Source of the DNA: an uncultured Planctomycetia bacterium
GTDB taxonomy: Bacteria > Omnitrophota > Gorgyraeia > 2-02-FULL-51-18
DNA: 64,000 bases
Reading direction: 5' to 3'
Assembly (NCBI GenBank): GCA_964642015.1
Contig: CAZXLF010000005.1
Span: 139,847-203,846, forward strand
Shown: positions 39,251 to 49,188 of the stretch, in pieces
How the letters are laid out: each line of letters starts with the position of its first letter
Position numbering within the stretch: the stretch's first letter is position 1
Made by a program: the position numbers and the translations under genes
Notes under the pieces: model-generated
Told to the model about the DNA's origin: nothing
The model's database searches: none
Seen by the model: the letters and a program-made list of their open reading frames with translations, nothing else

Positions 39251-39874
39251 TTATTGAACGGATACAGCAACTTCCTTTTTGGCTTCTTGAGCTTTAGGAA
39301 TAGTAACGGTTAAAACACCGTTGTCATACTTGGCTTGAATGCCTGAATCCTTAGCAGGTGCGGGAAGCTTGATCGCCCTTTCAAACGCGCCATGTTGTCT
39401 TTCTATACGACTGTATTGGCTGTCGGCGGTCGTTTTTTGTTCTTCCTTATCCAATTCACGGCTGCCGCTTACTTTGAGAACTTGGTTGTCCTCTATCTTG
39501 ATCTTGATCTGATCCTTAGAAACTCCAGGTAGGTCCATTTTTACGGTCATATCCGTATCGGTTTCTTTAACATCCGCATCTCCAAAGACTGTCGGTGTCG
39601 CAAGCGTGGTTTGATTCGTATCCAGCGAATGAGTCATCTTGATCTGGCCGGTCGTATCATCCCAAGTAGGCACGCCTTCTTCGGCAACGATCTTCTGCAC
39701 CTCAGAAGTGATCTGACTGTACTGCGCTTTCAATGCCTTGAGTTGAGCTAAATACGCGCGATAATCCTGCTTAGCTTGTTGATAATTCGGATTGTCCGAA
39801 GTGGAATCAGCGAATGCGGAATATCCATTCAGTATTCCTAAAACAAAAACGGTGACACAAAAAAAATTTTTCAT
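39251..39874 (-). CDS. Hsp20/alpha-crystallin protein with N-terminal signal peptide
   Basis: DLPGV, ERQHGAFERAIKLP, AKYDNGVLTVTIPK; N-terminus MKNFFCVTVFVLGILNGYSAFA|D. Confidence 0.88.
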   Translation of the reverse strand: MKNFFCVTVFVLGILNGYSAFADSTSDNPNYQQAKQDYRAYLAQLKALKAQYSQITSEVQKIVAEEGVPTWDDTTGQIKMTHSLDTNQTTLATPTVFGDADVKETDTDMTVKMDLPGVSKDQIKIKIEDNQVLKVSGSRELDKEEQKTTADSQYSRIERQHGAFERAIKLPAPAKDSGIQAKYDNGVLTVTIPKAQEAKKEVAVSVQ

Positions 39875-39888
39875 GGCTGCACCTCTTT

Positions 39889-40473
39889 TCAGTTTTTTTT
39901 TGCCGTACGGCTTCCCGGTTTTGTTACAGGGAGATTACCTTCCCTGCAAATCGGGCACGCCTCAGGTCTATAAGACTTGATATTTATCTTCAACAAAGAA
40001 AAAGAATCTGTCTCAAATATCGCCGCTCCATCACTACGGTCCACGATCGATGCGACCGCAACAGGTTTAGCATCGTGCTGTTTGACGATATCGATCACTT
40101 CCTGCGTCGATTTGCCGGTCGTGATCACATCTTCGACAACCAGAACTTTTTCGTTCTTTCTCAAACTGAATCCGCGTCTCAGCATCAAAGTGCCATCGAC
40201 CCGCTCGGCAAAAATAGACCGCACTTTAAGTGCGCGTGCTACCTCATATGAAACAATAATGCCTCCAAGTGCCGGACCGATCACGACATCTACTTTAATC
40301 CCGGAAAGTTTTTTAGCAAGCACCTTGCAAAGCTTCTCGGCTACCCACGGTTTCTGCAATAAAAGCGCGCATTGCATATAATTAGGACTGTGAAGTCCGC
40401 TGGAAAGCAGAAAATGGCCGGAAAGCAGCGCATTCTCGGATTTAAAAATTTTCAGGATCTCTTTTTCATTCAT
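39889..40473 (-). CDS. pyrE: Orotate phosphoribosyltransferase
   Basis: GHFLLSSGLHS, VVEDVITTGKS. Confidence 0.96.
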   Translation of the reverse strand: MNEKEILKIFKSENALLSGHFLLSSGLHSPNYMQCALLLQKPWVAEKLCKVLAKKLSGIKVDVVIGPALGGIIVSYEVARALKVRSIFAERVDGTLMLRRGFSLRKNEKVLVVEDVITTGKSTQEVIDIVKQHDAKPVAVASIVDRSDGAAIFETDSFSLLKINIKSYRPEACPICREGNLPVTKPGSRTAKKN

Positions 40474-40515
40474 GAGCTTTTGTCAATTCGAAAAAAGTTA
40501 TACGCGAATATTCTA

Positions 40516-42420
40516 TCACAATTCCCAGGCGGTTTTGTAGCCGCCGATCGATTCGGAATATTTGATGAAATCGGCGTAGAATTTTATCGAAGAAAGCGTC
40601 GCGCTGTCGCCGATCACGATCAGCTTGCGGCGCGCCCTTGTCATCGCGACATTCATACGCCTGGTGTCCGCCAAAAATCCCATTTCTCCTTCCATATTCG
40701 ATCGCACCAGAGAAACGATCACGAGTTCTTTTTCCCTGCCCTGAAAACCATCGACGCTGTCGATCTCGACATCGGGATGCGGTGACTGACTAGCTAAAAG
40801 CCGCACCTGCGCGCTATATGGACTGATCACGGCGATTTCTTTCGGATGCACGCCGATCTCGATCATTTTCCTAAGCTGATCCAGGACCATTTGCGCCTCT
40901 TCCGGATTGTATCGACTTTCGCTTCCTTCCTCAAGTTTCTCTTCAAATCCTTTTCCGGCCGTGTCAACAAAAAGGAACGGCTCAGTTGATTCTGTGCATT
41001 CCTTCACACCGGAAATCCCGGATAGCGTCTGCGACTTAACGGATTCATCCGCGATCAGAAGATTTTTGTAAAATTCCATCGATGAAAAACCCATGATCTT
41101 TTCATTCATGCGGTATTGGCGTTCGAGAAGCTGACGGTAATCTTCGGTCAAGATCTCATAAAATCTTTCGAATAGCGTGACTCCCAAGCCCTGAGCTTCT
41201 GCTTCACGCGAACGCACTGTCGGCGGTAATTGAAAATGATCTCCGGCCATGATAACTTTTTTGGCGCGTGTCATCGGGATCCATGTGAGAGGTTCGGTCG
41301 CTTGTGTCGCTTCATCAATGACCAAAATATCGAATATTTTTTCTCTGATGCTTTTATCTTGGATCCCAGTCGGAGTTCCGATGATCACTTCGGCTTCTTT
41401 CATCACACGGGTGAAGATTTCTTTTCTTAAACGCCGCACGTCATCCTTCAACTCCGCGATTTGATCTCCAATCTCCCGTTCAGCACCACGACCCGGACTC
41501 CGTCTATCGCGGTAACGTTCCTGTCTTTTAAAGAGCCTATCCAAATGTGACTGATGGTCCGCGATCTCCTGAGAAAGCGGATGAAGTGCTAGTTTGAAAT
41601 CCAGTGTATGTTCTCTAAGAGAAACCGCGATACGCGCCGGATGGCCCAATCTGATGACATTCACGCCTTTCTCGATCAAACGTTCAAGTACATTGTCGCA
41701 GGCCGTATTGCTCGGGGCCGTGACAAAAATGGAGTGTTTTCTTAAAATACTTTGACGGATGATCTCGATAAGAGCTGTTGTTTTTCCTGTGCCCGGAGGA
41801 CCATGGACCAAAGCGATATCTTTTACTATGAGCGACTTTCGGACCGCTTCTTTCTGAGACTTGTTCAGACTATCGTCATACCATGCAATGTCATCAACGG
41901 CGGAATGTGAGATCGCGGGAACTTTTTCTTTAAGAGAAATATCCCGAAAATCGGCCAGACGTGTATTTTCCGTTTCCAAAACAGCATCCAACGCCTCGAT
42001 CATCCTTTTATAAGTCACACGGTTGACCGATTTATGAAGCTGATAGGTGATCCCTTTTTCAAGCCAGTCCGGAAGCGCCTTATTGAACGCTACTGTTATC
42101 GTAGAAGAACTTTTTTCGTAAACAGTCCCTACAGGATAATCAACATCCTTCAGGCCTTCAGGAAAAAGACTGACAATATCCCCCACTTCCAATGAAAAAA
42201 GCGGAAGTGGTTTCTGATGCCGACGGCTAAAAGTGGCCAATTCATGTTCGGCGGGAGAAAAATGCCTTTCATTCAATTCAATATCGAGAAGCGCTTTTCC
42301 TCTTAGCTCCCGTTCTTTAGGAGAAAGCTGGAGAAACTCGTTGCGAATCTCCTCATTTTCCTCATTCTCTTCTAAAGCGACGAGCTTTTTTAGAAAAAGG
42401 AAATAACTTTTATCTGGCAA
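40516..42420 (-). CDS. SF1B (Upf1/IGHMBP2-like) helicase
   Basis: GPPGTGKT, SNTACD, DEATQ, GDHFQLPP, QYRMN, DGFQGREK, RMNVAMTRAR. Confidence 0.93.
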   Translation of the reverse strand: MPDKSYFLFLKKLVALEENEENEEIRNEFLQLSPKERELRGKALLDIELNERHFSPAEHELATFSRRHQKPLPLFSLEVGDIVSLFPEGLKDVDYPVGTVYEKSSSTITVAFNKALPDWLEKGITYQLHKSVNRVTYKRMIEALDAVLETENTRLADFRDISLKEKVPAISHSAVDDIAWYDDSLNKSQKEAVRKSLIVKDIALVHGPPGTGKTTALIEIIRQSILRKHSIFVTAPSNTACDNVLERLIEKGVNVIRLGHPARIAVSLREHTLDFKLALHPLSQEIADHQSHLDRLFKRQERYRDRRSPGRGAEREIGDQIAELKDDVRRLRKEIFTRVMKEAEVIIGTPTGIQDKSIREKIFDILVIDEATQATEPLTWIPMTRAKKVIMAGDHFQLPPTVRSREAEAQGLGVTLFERFYEILTEDYRQLLERQYRMNEKIMGFSSMEFYKNLLIADESVKSQTLSGISGVKECTESTEPFLFVDTAGKGFEEKLEEGSESRYNPEEAQMVLDQLRKMIEIGVHPKEIAVISPYSAQVRLLASQSPHPDVEIDSVDGFQGREKELVIVSLVRSNMEGEMGFLADTRRMNVAMTRARRKLIVIGDSATLSSIKFYADFIKYSESIGGYKTAWEL

Positions 42421-42423
42421 CTT

Positions 42424-42804
42424 TTAGGTTGGCTGAGTAGTCGACTCTTGGTTAGGCGTATGTTTCTTCTGGAAATGTCCGCTCGGCCTGTGAGAACGAT
42501 TGCCTTCATGAGGACGATTTCCTTCATAACGATTGCCCTGATTATCTCCGCCGTGACGCTGGCCAAAACCGCCGCGGTTATTGGGTCTGTAATTACCTCT
42601 GGCTCCTGAATAATTCCTGTTCCCGAACGGAGGACGTGAACCGCCTTGGCGGTTCCTTGATTGATCGAGAAGCATATCGATCTTTTTTTCAAGAAAATTC
42701 AAATGATCCATGATCTTCTTAAGCTGGACCGGGATCTGAGAATCATCATAATTTCCGTAATCGATGCCCGATGAATTACGTTTTTCTTTTTTGAAGAAGT
42801 TCAC
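42424..42804 (-). CDS. Small coiled-coil + R/G/N-rich disordered protein
   Basis: GTG start with SD AGGAG; LNFLEKKIDML coil followed by low-complexity tail. Confidence 0.75.
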   Translation of the reverse strand: MNFFKKEKRNSSGIDYGNYDDSQIPVQLKKIMDHLNFLEKKIDMLLDQSRNRQGGSRPPFGNRNYSGARGNYRPNNRGGFGQRHGGDNQGNRYEGNRPHEGNRSHRPSGHFQKKHTPNQESTTQPT

Positions 42805-42824
42805 TTTTTTCTCCTGTTTAATGA

Positions 42825-43021
42825 ACGCGAGCCTAAAACCATTCGCGTGATTTGATCTGACAAACGCCCCAAGCGTTTGTCGCCTGTTGGACGGAACAAT
42901 TAAATCTTCCGTCGATTATCCCAAGGGATGCCTTGGTTTAAATTAACTTTCTTGCTTTATTGCCTAACACCGGTTATCTGCGATGTGATCCACAAGATGG
43001 GCTGGTTCGACCAGCGGGATC
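42825..43021 (-). other. Candidate structured RNA leader (at least five hairpins)
   Basis: Stems 42825-30/42843-48, 42859-67/42873-81, 42890-96/42907-13, 42921-26/42931-36, 43001-06/43010-15. Confidence 0.5.
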
Positions 43022-43022
43022 A

Positions 43023-43442
43023 TTATACCGCTAAACTACCGGAATCCTTATTAATTATTTCAGCGGCTTTTTTGTTGTTGTCCGTCGCAAAAACTCCGAC
43101 GATCTTGAAACCGTCGCCGCTCGTGCCATAAACATATTCCACCGAAATGCCATTTGAACCCAAAAGTCTCGCAACGGGAGCTAGCGTACCGACCTTGTTC
43201 TCAAATTCCACAACCAGAATATCACGTTCGATCATCTTTGGAATCAAATGCTTAAGCGCTTCTTTGGCTTTTTTGTTGTCACGCGTGATGATCTGAAAAT
43301 AGCCTTTGTTCTTCACCGTATAAGCGGACAAATGAATGATAAAAACTCCTGCCATCTCAAGCGTCTTCGTGATCTGGCCAAGCGCGCCGGTTTCATTCTT
43401 TATTTCAAAATGCAATTCTTTAGATATCAACGCCCTTGCCAT
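43023..43442 (-). CDS. Tandem ACT-domain protein
   Basis: Two ACT repeats (NETGAL..IT..L, NKVGTLA.VA..L); overlaps the pyrF stop. Confidence 0.82.
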   Translation of the reverse strand: MARALISKELHFEIKNETGALGQITKTLEMAGVFIIHLSAYTVKNKGYFQIITRDNKKAKEALKHLIPKMIERDILVVEFENKVGTLAPVARLLGSNGISVEYVYGTSGDGFKIVGVFATDNNKKAAEIINKDSGSLAV

Positions 43443-44149
43443 TATTCTATTTCCTTTAAAACTTTTTCAGCCGCTTCAAGCGGAGATGGATTTTGTGTGA
43501 TCGGACGCCCGACAACGATAAAATTTGCACCCTGTTCAATGGCTTCCTTCGGTGTCATGACTCTTTTCTGATCGCCATGCGCAGCCCATATCGGCCGGAC
43601 TCCGGGAGTTACTATCAAAAACTCTTTGCCTATTTTTCTGCGGATCGGTTTAATCTCCTGCGCAGAAGCCACAACACCGTCCAAACCACATTCTTTTGCG
43701 AGTGCCGCTAAATGTACCACTTCCCTTTCTAGTTTTTTAATAACCCCGACTTCCTTCAAATCATTTTCCTTCATGCTGGTCAAAACCGTGACGCCAAGGA
43801 TCTTCGGCGGTGCTATCCCTGTTTCCTGAGCTGTCTTGTGTATGGATTGAACCGCTTGGAACATCATCTGTTTTCCGCCCAATGCGTGAACATTCAGCAT
43901 AAAAACTTTATGCCTCACAGCCGCTTCGCAGGCGGAACCGACCGTATTCGGGATATCATGAAATTTAAGATCAAGGAATACTTTACATTTATGGGAATGA
44001 ACCATCTGAATAGCCGAAGGACCAGAAGAAGTAAAAAGCTCTTTCCCTATCTTGAATACGGATACCAAAGGCGAAAGAAGTTTCACCAATTTCTCCGCCT
44101 CGTTGATACTCGACACATCAAGCGCTACGATCAGCTTGTCATTCTTCAT
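43442..44149 (-). CDS. pyrF: OMP decarboxylase
   Basis: IVALD, DLKFHDIPNTV, VTPGVR, VVGRPI. Confidence 0.98.
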   Translation of the reverse strand: MKNDKLIVALDVSSINEAEKLVKLLSPLVSVFKIGKELFTSSGPSAIQMVHSHKCKVFLDLKFHDIPNTVGSACEAAVRHKVFMLNVHALGGKQMMFQAVQSIHKTAQETGIAPPKILGVTVLTSMKENDLKEVGVIKKLEREVVHLAALAKECGLDGVVASAQEIKPIRRKIGKEFLIVTPGVRPIWAAHGDQKRVMTPKEAIEQGANFIVVGRPITQNPSPLEAAEKVLKEIE

Positions 44150-44150
44150 T

Positions 44151-45089
44151 TTAATCTTTTATGGAACCGATGATCTCTTTTAAACTTTTGATCTTCTCTT
44201 TACGCATAAAAGCCGTAAGGTCATTCAATATCTCAAGGGAGGCCTGGGGATTCATAAAGTTCGCCGTTCCGACCTGAATGGCGGAAGCGCCGGCGATTAA
44301 AAATTCAAGCACATCATCAGCATTCATGATACCACCAATTCCCAAAATAGGTATTTTTACTTTTTTATGCACTTCCCACGTCATTCTCACCGCAATCGGC
44401 CGTATGCAAGGCCCAGAAAGTCCGCCGGTCTTGTTCGCCAGCACGGGTTTTCTTGTTTTAATATCGATCGCCATCGCGACAAAAGTATTGATCAAAGAAA
44501 CCGCATCAGCGCCTGCCTTTTCAGCCGCCAATGCCATCTTCGCGATATCGGAAACATCAGGCCCGAGTTTTGCAATCAAGGTTTTTTGCGTTTCCTGCCG
44601 CACCGCTTTCACGACGTCCTCGATCATGGACGCATCGTGCGCGAACATACGGACTGTTTCTTCTGCTTCCTTTATTTTTCCATAAGAAACGTTTGGACAC
44701 GAAAGATTCAATTCAAAACCGTCGATCGGCTCTTTATCCAATACTCTCACGACATTCACAAATTCTTCGACGCTATATCCCATCACGCTAACAATGATAG
44801 GGATTTTCAGTGATCTTAAAAACGGAAGTTTATCCTGAATAAACTTTTCGGCTCCCGGATTTTGAAGACCGATCGCGTTCAGCATGCCTGAAGGAGTTTC
44901 GACAATGCGCTGCGGAGGATTGCCAAGACGCGGTTTAAGTGTGATCGTTTTAGTGACGATGCCGCCGAGTTTTTTGAGATGAATGAACTTTTCGAATTCT
45001 TTCGCATGCCCGAATGTGCCCGAGGCCACGAGTACGGGATTTTTCAACTTAATCTTACCTATCTGAGTTTCTAAATTTATCAATCCCAT
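44151..45089 (-). CDS. pyrD: Dihydroorotate dehydrogenase family 1B catalytic subunit
   Basis: ASGTFG, NAIGLQNPG, NLSCPN, GGLSG. Confidence 0.96.
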   Translation of the reverse strand: MGLINLETQIGKIKLKNPVLVASGTFGHAKEFEKFIHLKKLGGIVTKTITLKPRLGNPPQRIVETPSGMLNAIGLQNPGAEKFIQDKLPFLRSLKIPIIVSVMGYSVEEFVNVVRVLDKEPIDGFELNLSCPNVSYGKIKEAEETVRMFAHDASMIEDVVKAVRQETQKTLIAKLGPDVSDIAKMALAAEKAGADAVSLINTFVAMAIDIKTRKPVLANKTGGLSGPCIRPIAVRMTWEVHKKVKIPILGIGGIMNADDVLEFLIAGASAIQVGTANFMNPQASLEILNDLTAFMRKEKIKSLKEIIGSIKD

Positions 45090-45928
45090 AAAATATCCTT
45101 CGCCTGAAACACAGGCCCTTCACAGCAAGCGATTGCGAAACGATGTTCATTTTTATCGTTACCGGCAACCTTGATTGCGCATCCCAAACAAGCACCAAAA
45201 CCGCACGCCATCGGTACCTCAACAGATACTTCACAAGGAACTTCATATTTTTCAGAAATAATCGACACCGCTTTCAGCATGGGCGTGGGACCGCAAGTGA
45301 AAATACCGAAATTCAGAGAACCATCATTCCGTAAAAGGTCCTCCAATAATTCAGTTACAAAACCTTTTCTGCCTTTTGACCCGTCATCTGTAGCAACTTT
45401 TAAATTGATACCTAACCTTTTGAAATCCTTTTCACACAAAAGCAGCGATTTATGACGCGCGCCTAAAAATACATGGATGTTTTCTTTTAGAAAAATTTTC
45501 AATCTCAAAAAATCCTGCACCAAATGATAAAGAGGTGGGATTCCGACTCCGCCGCCGATTAGAACAGCAACCGACGAATTTGTCTTTTGCTTTTCCTGTC
45601 TTCTGTCTACTGTCTTCTGTCTACTGTCTTTTATCGTGAATCCATTCCCCAGTGGACCGACGATCCAGAGCGCATCTCCCGCCGCAATTTGAGATAAAAT
45701 CTTTGTTCCTTTGCCAACCACCTGATAAAGAATGGAAAAATCTTTTTTTGAAACGGTCAGGAAACTAAAAGGGCGCGGCAAAAGAGGATCGAAAGAATCC
45801 GCGCACAAGATCTGCACAAATTGCCCGGCTTTTGCGTTCTTCGGGATCTTGACCGACGCCAATTTTAAAACATAATGTCCCGGCGCAATTTTCTTATTTT
45901 CGAGGATCGTACACTTTTCTCTGTACAC
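45080..45928 (-). CDS. pyrK: Dihydroorotate dehydrogenase electron transfer subunit
   Basis: RPFS, GPLGNGF, GGGVG, CGPTPM, MACGFGACLGC, CCEGPVF; GTG start. Confidence 0.96.
   Translation of the reverse strand: MYREKCTILENKKIAPGHYVLKLASVKIPKNAKAGQFVQILCADSFDPLLPRPFSFLTVSKKDFSILYQVVGKGTKILSQIAAGDALWIVGPLGNGFTIKDSRQKTVDRRQEKQKTNSSVAVLIGGGVGIPPLYHLVQDFLRLKIFLKENIHVFLGARHKSLLLCEKDFKRLGINLKVATDDGSKGRKGFVTELLEDLLRNDGSLNFGIFTCGPTPMLKAVSIISEKYEVPCEVSVEVPMACGFGACLGCAIKVAGNDKNEHRFAIACCEGPVFQAKDILWD
45596..45630. repeat. Heptamer tandem repeat (CTGTCTW)5 inside pyrK
   Basis: ctgtctt-ctgtcta-ctgtctt-ctgtcta-ctgtctt. Confidence 0.9.
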
Positions 45929-45954
45929 ACATCACCTATTCGCGTAAAGACCGG

Positions 45955-48900
45955 TTACACACCGACCGCTAAAAGAGGTTCTTTCAATTTTTTGTGATGT
46001 TCCTGGAGAGACATGACTGAAAGTTCTTTTTTCTTCATCGCCTGAATTCCCTGCACTGATGCATAAGCACCCTCGATCGTGGTAATGCATGAAACGCCGC
46101 GCGATACCGCAAGCGATCGTATCACGACTTCGTCTTTTCTCGGTTTTCCGCTGCTCGGTGTGTTGATCACTAAATCCAGCTTTTGCGCCTGGATCAGGTC
46201 CGTCACATTAGGGCTGCCTTCACTGATCTTTTTCAAAGGCCTGACATCGATGCCAGCCTCTTTCAGGACTTTGGCCGTGCCTTCTGTAGCAACTAATTTA
46301 AAATCCATCTTAAAAAGCGCTTTACCGATATCCGCGATCGCGGGTTTATCTTTGTCTTTAACACTCAGAAAAATGGTCCCTTTAAGCGGCAGCGGTGAAT
46401 TTGCGGCAATTTGTGATTTCGCGAACGCCTTGTCAAAAGTATCATCAATGCCCATTACTTCGCCGGTGGATTTCATTTCGGGCCCCAATACAATATCGAC
46501 TCCGCGGAATTTCACGAACGGCAATACTACTTCTTTGACCGACATATAGGAGGGCATCACTTCTTTGGTAAACCCAAGCTGTTTTAATTTCTGCCCGGCC
46601 ATCACTTGCGCCGCAAGCTTCGCAAGAGGAACGCCGATCGCCTTTGATACAAAAGGAACTGTGCGTGAAGCGCGAGGATTCACCTCCAGCACATAGACAA
46701 TGTCATTTTTCACCGCGAACTGCACGTTCATCAGTCCCACCACATCCAATTCCTTGGCCATCGCCACTGATTGATATTTGATCTCTTTGATCACCGAGGC
46801 CTTTAAAGAATAAGGCGGTAAACAGCAGGCGCTGTCTCCCGAATGAATACCGGCTTGCTCGATGTGTTCCATGACACCGCCGACAACATAGGTCTCGCCA
46901 TCCGCCAGAATATCCACATCAACCTCCTTGGCGCCTTCTAAAAACTGATCCACAAGGATCGGCCGGTCACTGGAAACGTCCACAGCTTTGGACATATAAT
47001 TTTTAAGCCCTTCCTCATCATAAACGATCTCCATCGCGCGGCCGCCCAACACATACGAAGGGCGCACGAGTACAGGATAACCGATACGCGATGCCTCTTT
47101 TCTTGCTTCCTCAAAATTCGTGGCGGTACCGTTTTTGGGCTGTTTGAATCCTAATTTGTCCAAAAGTTCCTTGAATTTTTTACGGTCTTCCGCGCGATCA
47201 ATCGCGTCGGGACTTGTACCAATGATCGGAACCCCTGCTTTTTTCAGCGACAACGCGAGATTTAGCGGCGTTTGGCCTCCGAATTGGACGATCACTCCTT
47301 CAGGTTTTTCCTTTTCGACAATGTTCAACACATCCTCAAGTGTCACCGGTTCAAAATACAGCCGGTCAGAAGTATCATAATCGGTAGAAACCGTTTCGGG
47401 ATTGCAATTGACCATGATCGTCTGAAAACCGATTTCCTTAAGCGCGAAAGAAGCGTGGCAGCAACAATAATCGAATTCAATGCCTTGACCGATGCGGTTC
47501 GGGCCACCACCGAGAATCATGATCTTTCGTTTATTATTGGTTTTAACTTCATCTTCGCTTTCATAGGTCGAATAATAATAAGGCGTGAACGCCTCAAACT
47601 CGGCCGCGCAAGTATCAACAAGTTTGTACGTGGGAATAATGTCTAATTTTTTGCGCAATTCGCGCAATTTTATTTCCGTTGTCGAAAAAATCTCCGCCAA
47701 TTGAATATCCGAAAAACCAAGCTCCTTTGCTTGCCGCAAAATTTCTTTAGAAGGTTCTTTCTTTGCGCGAGCGATCTTTTTCAATCCCTTCTCGAAACTC
47801 ACGATCTCGTAAAGGTTTTCCAAAAACCACGGATCGATCTCCGTCAGTTGATGAAGCTTTTTCAAACTCATACCTTCTTCGATCGCACGTTTAATGTAAT
47901 AAAAACGTTCCGCGTTCGGAGTTTTAAGATTTTTAGCCAAATCTCCCGTAGCTTTCTTTGATTCAAAACCAGCCACTTTGATCTCGAGTCCACGAAGACC
48001 TTTTTGAAACGCTTCTTTGAAAGTACGGCCGATCGCCATGACTTCACCCACCGATTTCATTTGCGTCGTCAGCGTTGTATCGGCTCCGGGAAATTTTTCG
48101 AACGCGAATCTTGGGATCTTCACTACACAATAATCGATCGTCGGTTCAAAACTGGCCGGAGTCTTTTTGGTAATATCATTCGCTATTTCATCCAGCGTAT
48201 ATCCGACGGCTAATTTCGCTGCGATCTTCGCGATCGGAAAACCGGTGGCCTTGGATGCCAACGCTGAAGAACGCGATACTCGCGGATTCATCTCGATCAC
48301 GACCATACGGCCGTTCTTTGGATCCAGTGCAAATTGAATATTGGAGCCGCCCGTCTCAACACCGATCTCGCGAATGCACGCGATCGCTGCGTCACGCATT
48401 TTTTGATATTCCTGGTCCGTCAGTGTCTGTGCCGGTGCTACCGTGATCGAATCGCCAGTATGTACTCCCATCGGATCAAAATTTTCGATCGAGCAGATGA
48501 TCACAACGTTATCTCTTCTGTCACGCATCACTTCAAGCTCAAACTCTTTCCAACCAACGATCGATTCCTCGATCAGTATCTCCTGCGTCATCGACAACTG
48601 CAGTCCATAAGAAGCGATGCGCTTGAATTCTTCGAGCGTCGTCGCAATGCCACCGCCGGTGCCACCCAGCGTAAAACTGGGACGAATAACTACAGGAAGC
48701 TTTATTTTCTTGAGGACTTTCAACGCTTCCGGCATGGAGTGCGCAAGACCCGATTTTGGAAGATCGAGGCCTATTTTCTGCATCGCTTTTTTGAAAAGTT
48801 CGCGGTTTTCGGCTTTTTTGATCGATTTTAAATCCACACCGATCATTTGTACGCCGTATTTTTTGAAAATTCCGGCTTCCGCGGCTTTGACGGCCGTATT

Positions 48901-49188
48901 AAGGCCCGTTTGACCGCCCAAAGTCGGCAGCACCGCGTCAGGCTTTTCAACCTTTATGATCTTTTCTAAAAATTCGACGGTGATCGGCTCGATATAGGTG
49001 CTGTCAGCTGTCATCGGATCAGTCATGATCGTTGCGGGATTGGAATTGATCAGTACGACCTCATAACCGTCTTCACGTAGCGCCTTGCAGGCCTGCGTAC
49101 CGGAATAATCGAATTCGCAAGCCTGACCGATCACGATCGGACCTGAACCGATAATAAGTATTTTTTTGATGTCTGTGCGTTTAGGCAT
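45955..49188 (-). CDS. carB: Carbamoyl-phosphate synthase large subunit
   Basis: [17 protein letters not shown], duplicated ATP-grasp, C-terminal MGS domain. Confidence 0.99.
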   Translation of the reverse strand: MPKRTDIKKILIIGSGPIVIGQACEFDYSGTQACKALREDGYEVVLINSNPATIMTDPMTADSTYIEPITVEFLEKIIKVEKPDAVLPTLGGQTGLNTAVKAAEAGIFKKYGVQMIGVDLKSIKKAENRELFKKAMQKIGLDLPKSGLAHSMPEALKVLKKIKLPVVIRPSFTLGGTGGGIATTLEEFKRIASYGLQLSMTQEILIEESIVGWKEFELEVMRDRRDNVVIICSIENFDPMGVHTGDSITVAPAQTLTDQEYQKMRDAAIACIREIGVETGGSNIQFALDPKNGRMVVIEMNPRVSRSSALASKATGFPIAKIAAKLAVGYTLDEIANDITKKTPASFEPTIDYCVVKIPRFAFEKFPGADTTLTTQMKSVGEVMAIGRTFKEAFQKGLRGLEIKVAGFESKKATGDLAKNLKTPNAERFYYIKRAIEEGMSLKKLHQLTEIDPWFLENLYEIVSFEKGLKKIARAKKEPSKEILRQAKELGFSDIQLAEIFSTTEIKLRELRKKLDIIPTYKLVDTCAAEFEAFTPYYYSTYESEDEVKTNNKRKIMILGGGPNRIGQGIEFDYCCCHASFALKEIGFQTIMVNCNPETVSTDYDTSDRLYFEPVTLEDVLNIVEKEKPEGVIVQFGGQTPLNLALSLKKAGVPIIGTSPDAIDRAEDRKKFKELLDKLGFKQPKNGTATNFEEARKEASRIGYPVLVRPSYVLGGRAMEIVYDEEGLKNYMSKAVDVSSDRPILVDQFLEGAKEVDVDILADGETYVVGGVMEHIEQAGIHSGDSACCLPPYSLKASVIKEIKYQSVAMAKELDVVGLMNVQFAVKNDIVYVLEVNPRASRTVPFVSKAIGVPLAKLAAQVMAGQKLKQLGFTKEVMPSYMSVKEVVLPFVKFRGVDIVLGPEMKSTGEVMGIDDTFDKAFAKSQIAANSPLPLKGTIFLSVKDKDKPAIADIGKALFKMDFKLVATEGTAKVLKEAGIDVRPLKKISEGSPNVTDLIQAQKLDLVINTPSSGKPRKDEVVIRSLAVSRGVSCITTIEGAYASVQGIQAMKKKELSVMSLQEHHKKLKEPLLAVGV

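Noticed and set aside
42928-43131. 67-aa plus-strand ORF over the structured intergenic region
   Set aside because: It overlaps the ACT gene antisense and has no recognisable features.
45596-45630. CRISPR array or DGR repeat
   Set aside because: It is a simple 7-bp tandem repeat with no spacers, and no cas or RT genes are in the window.
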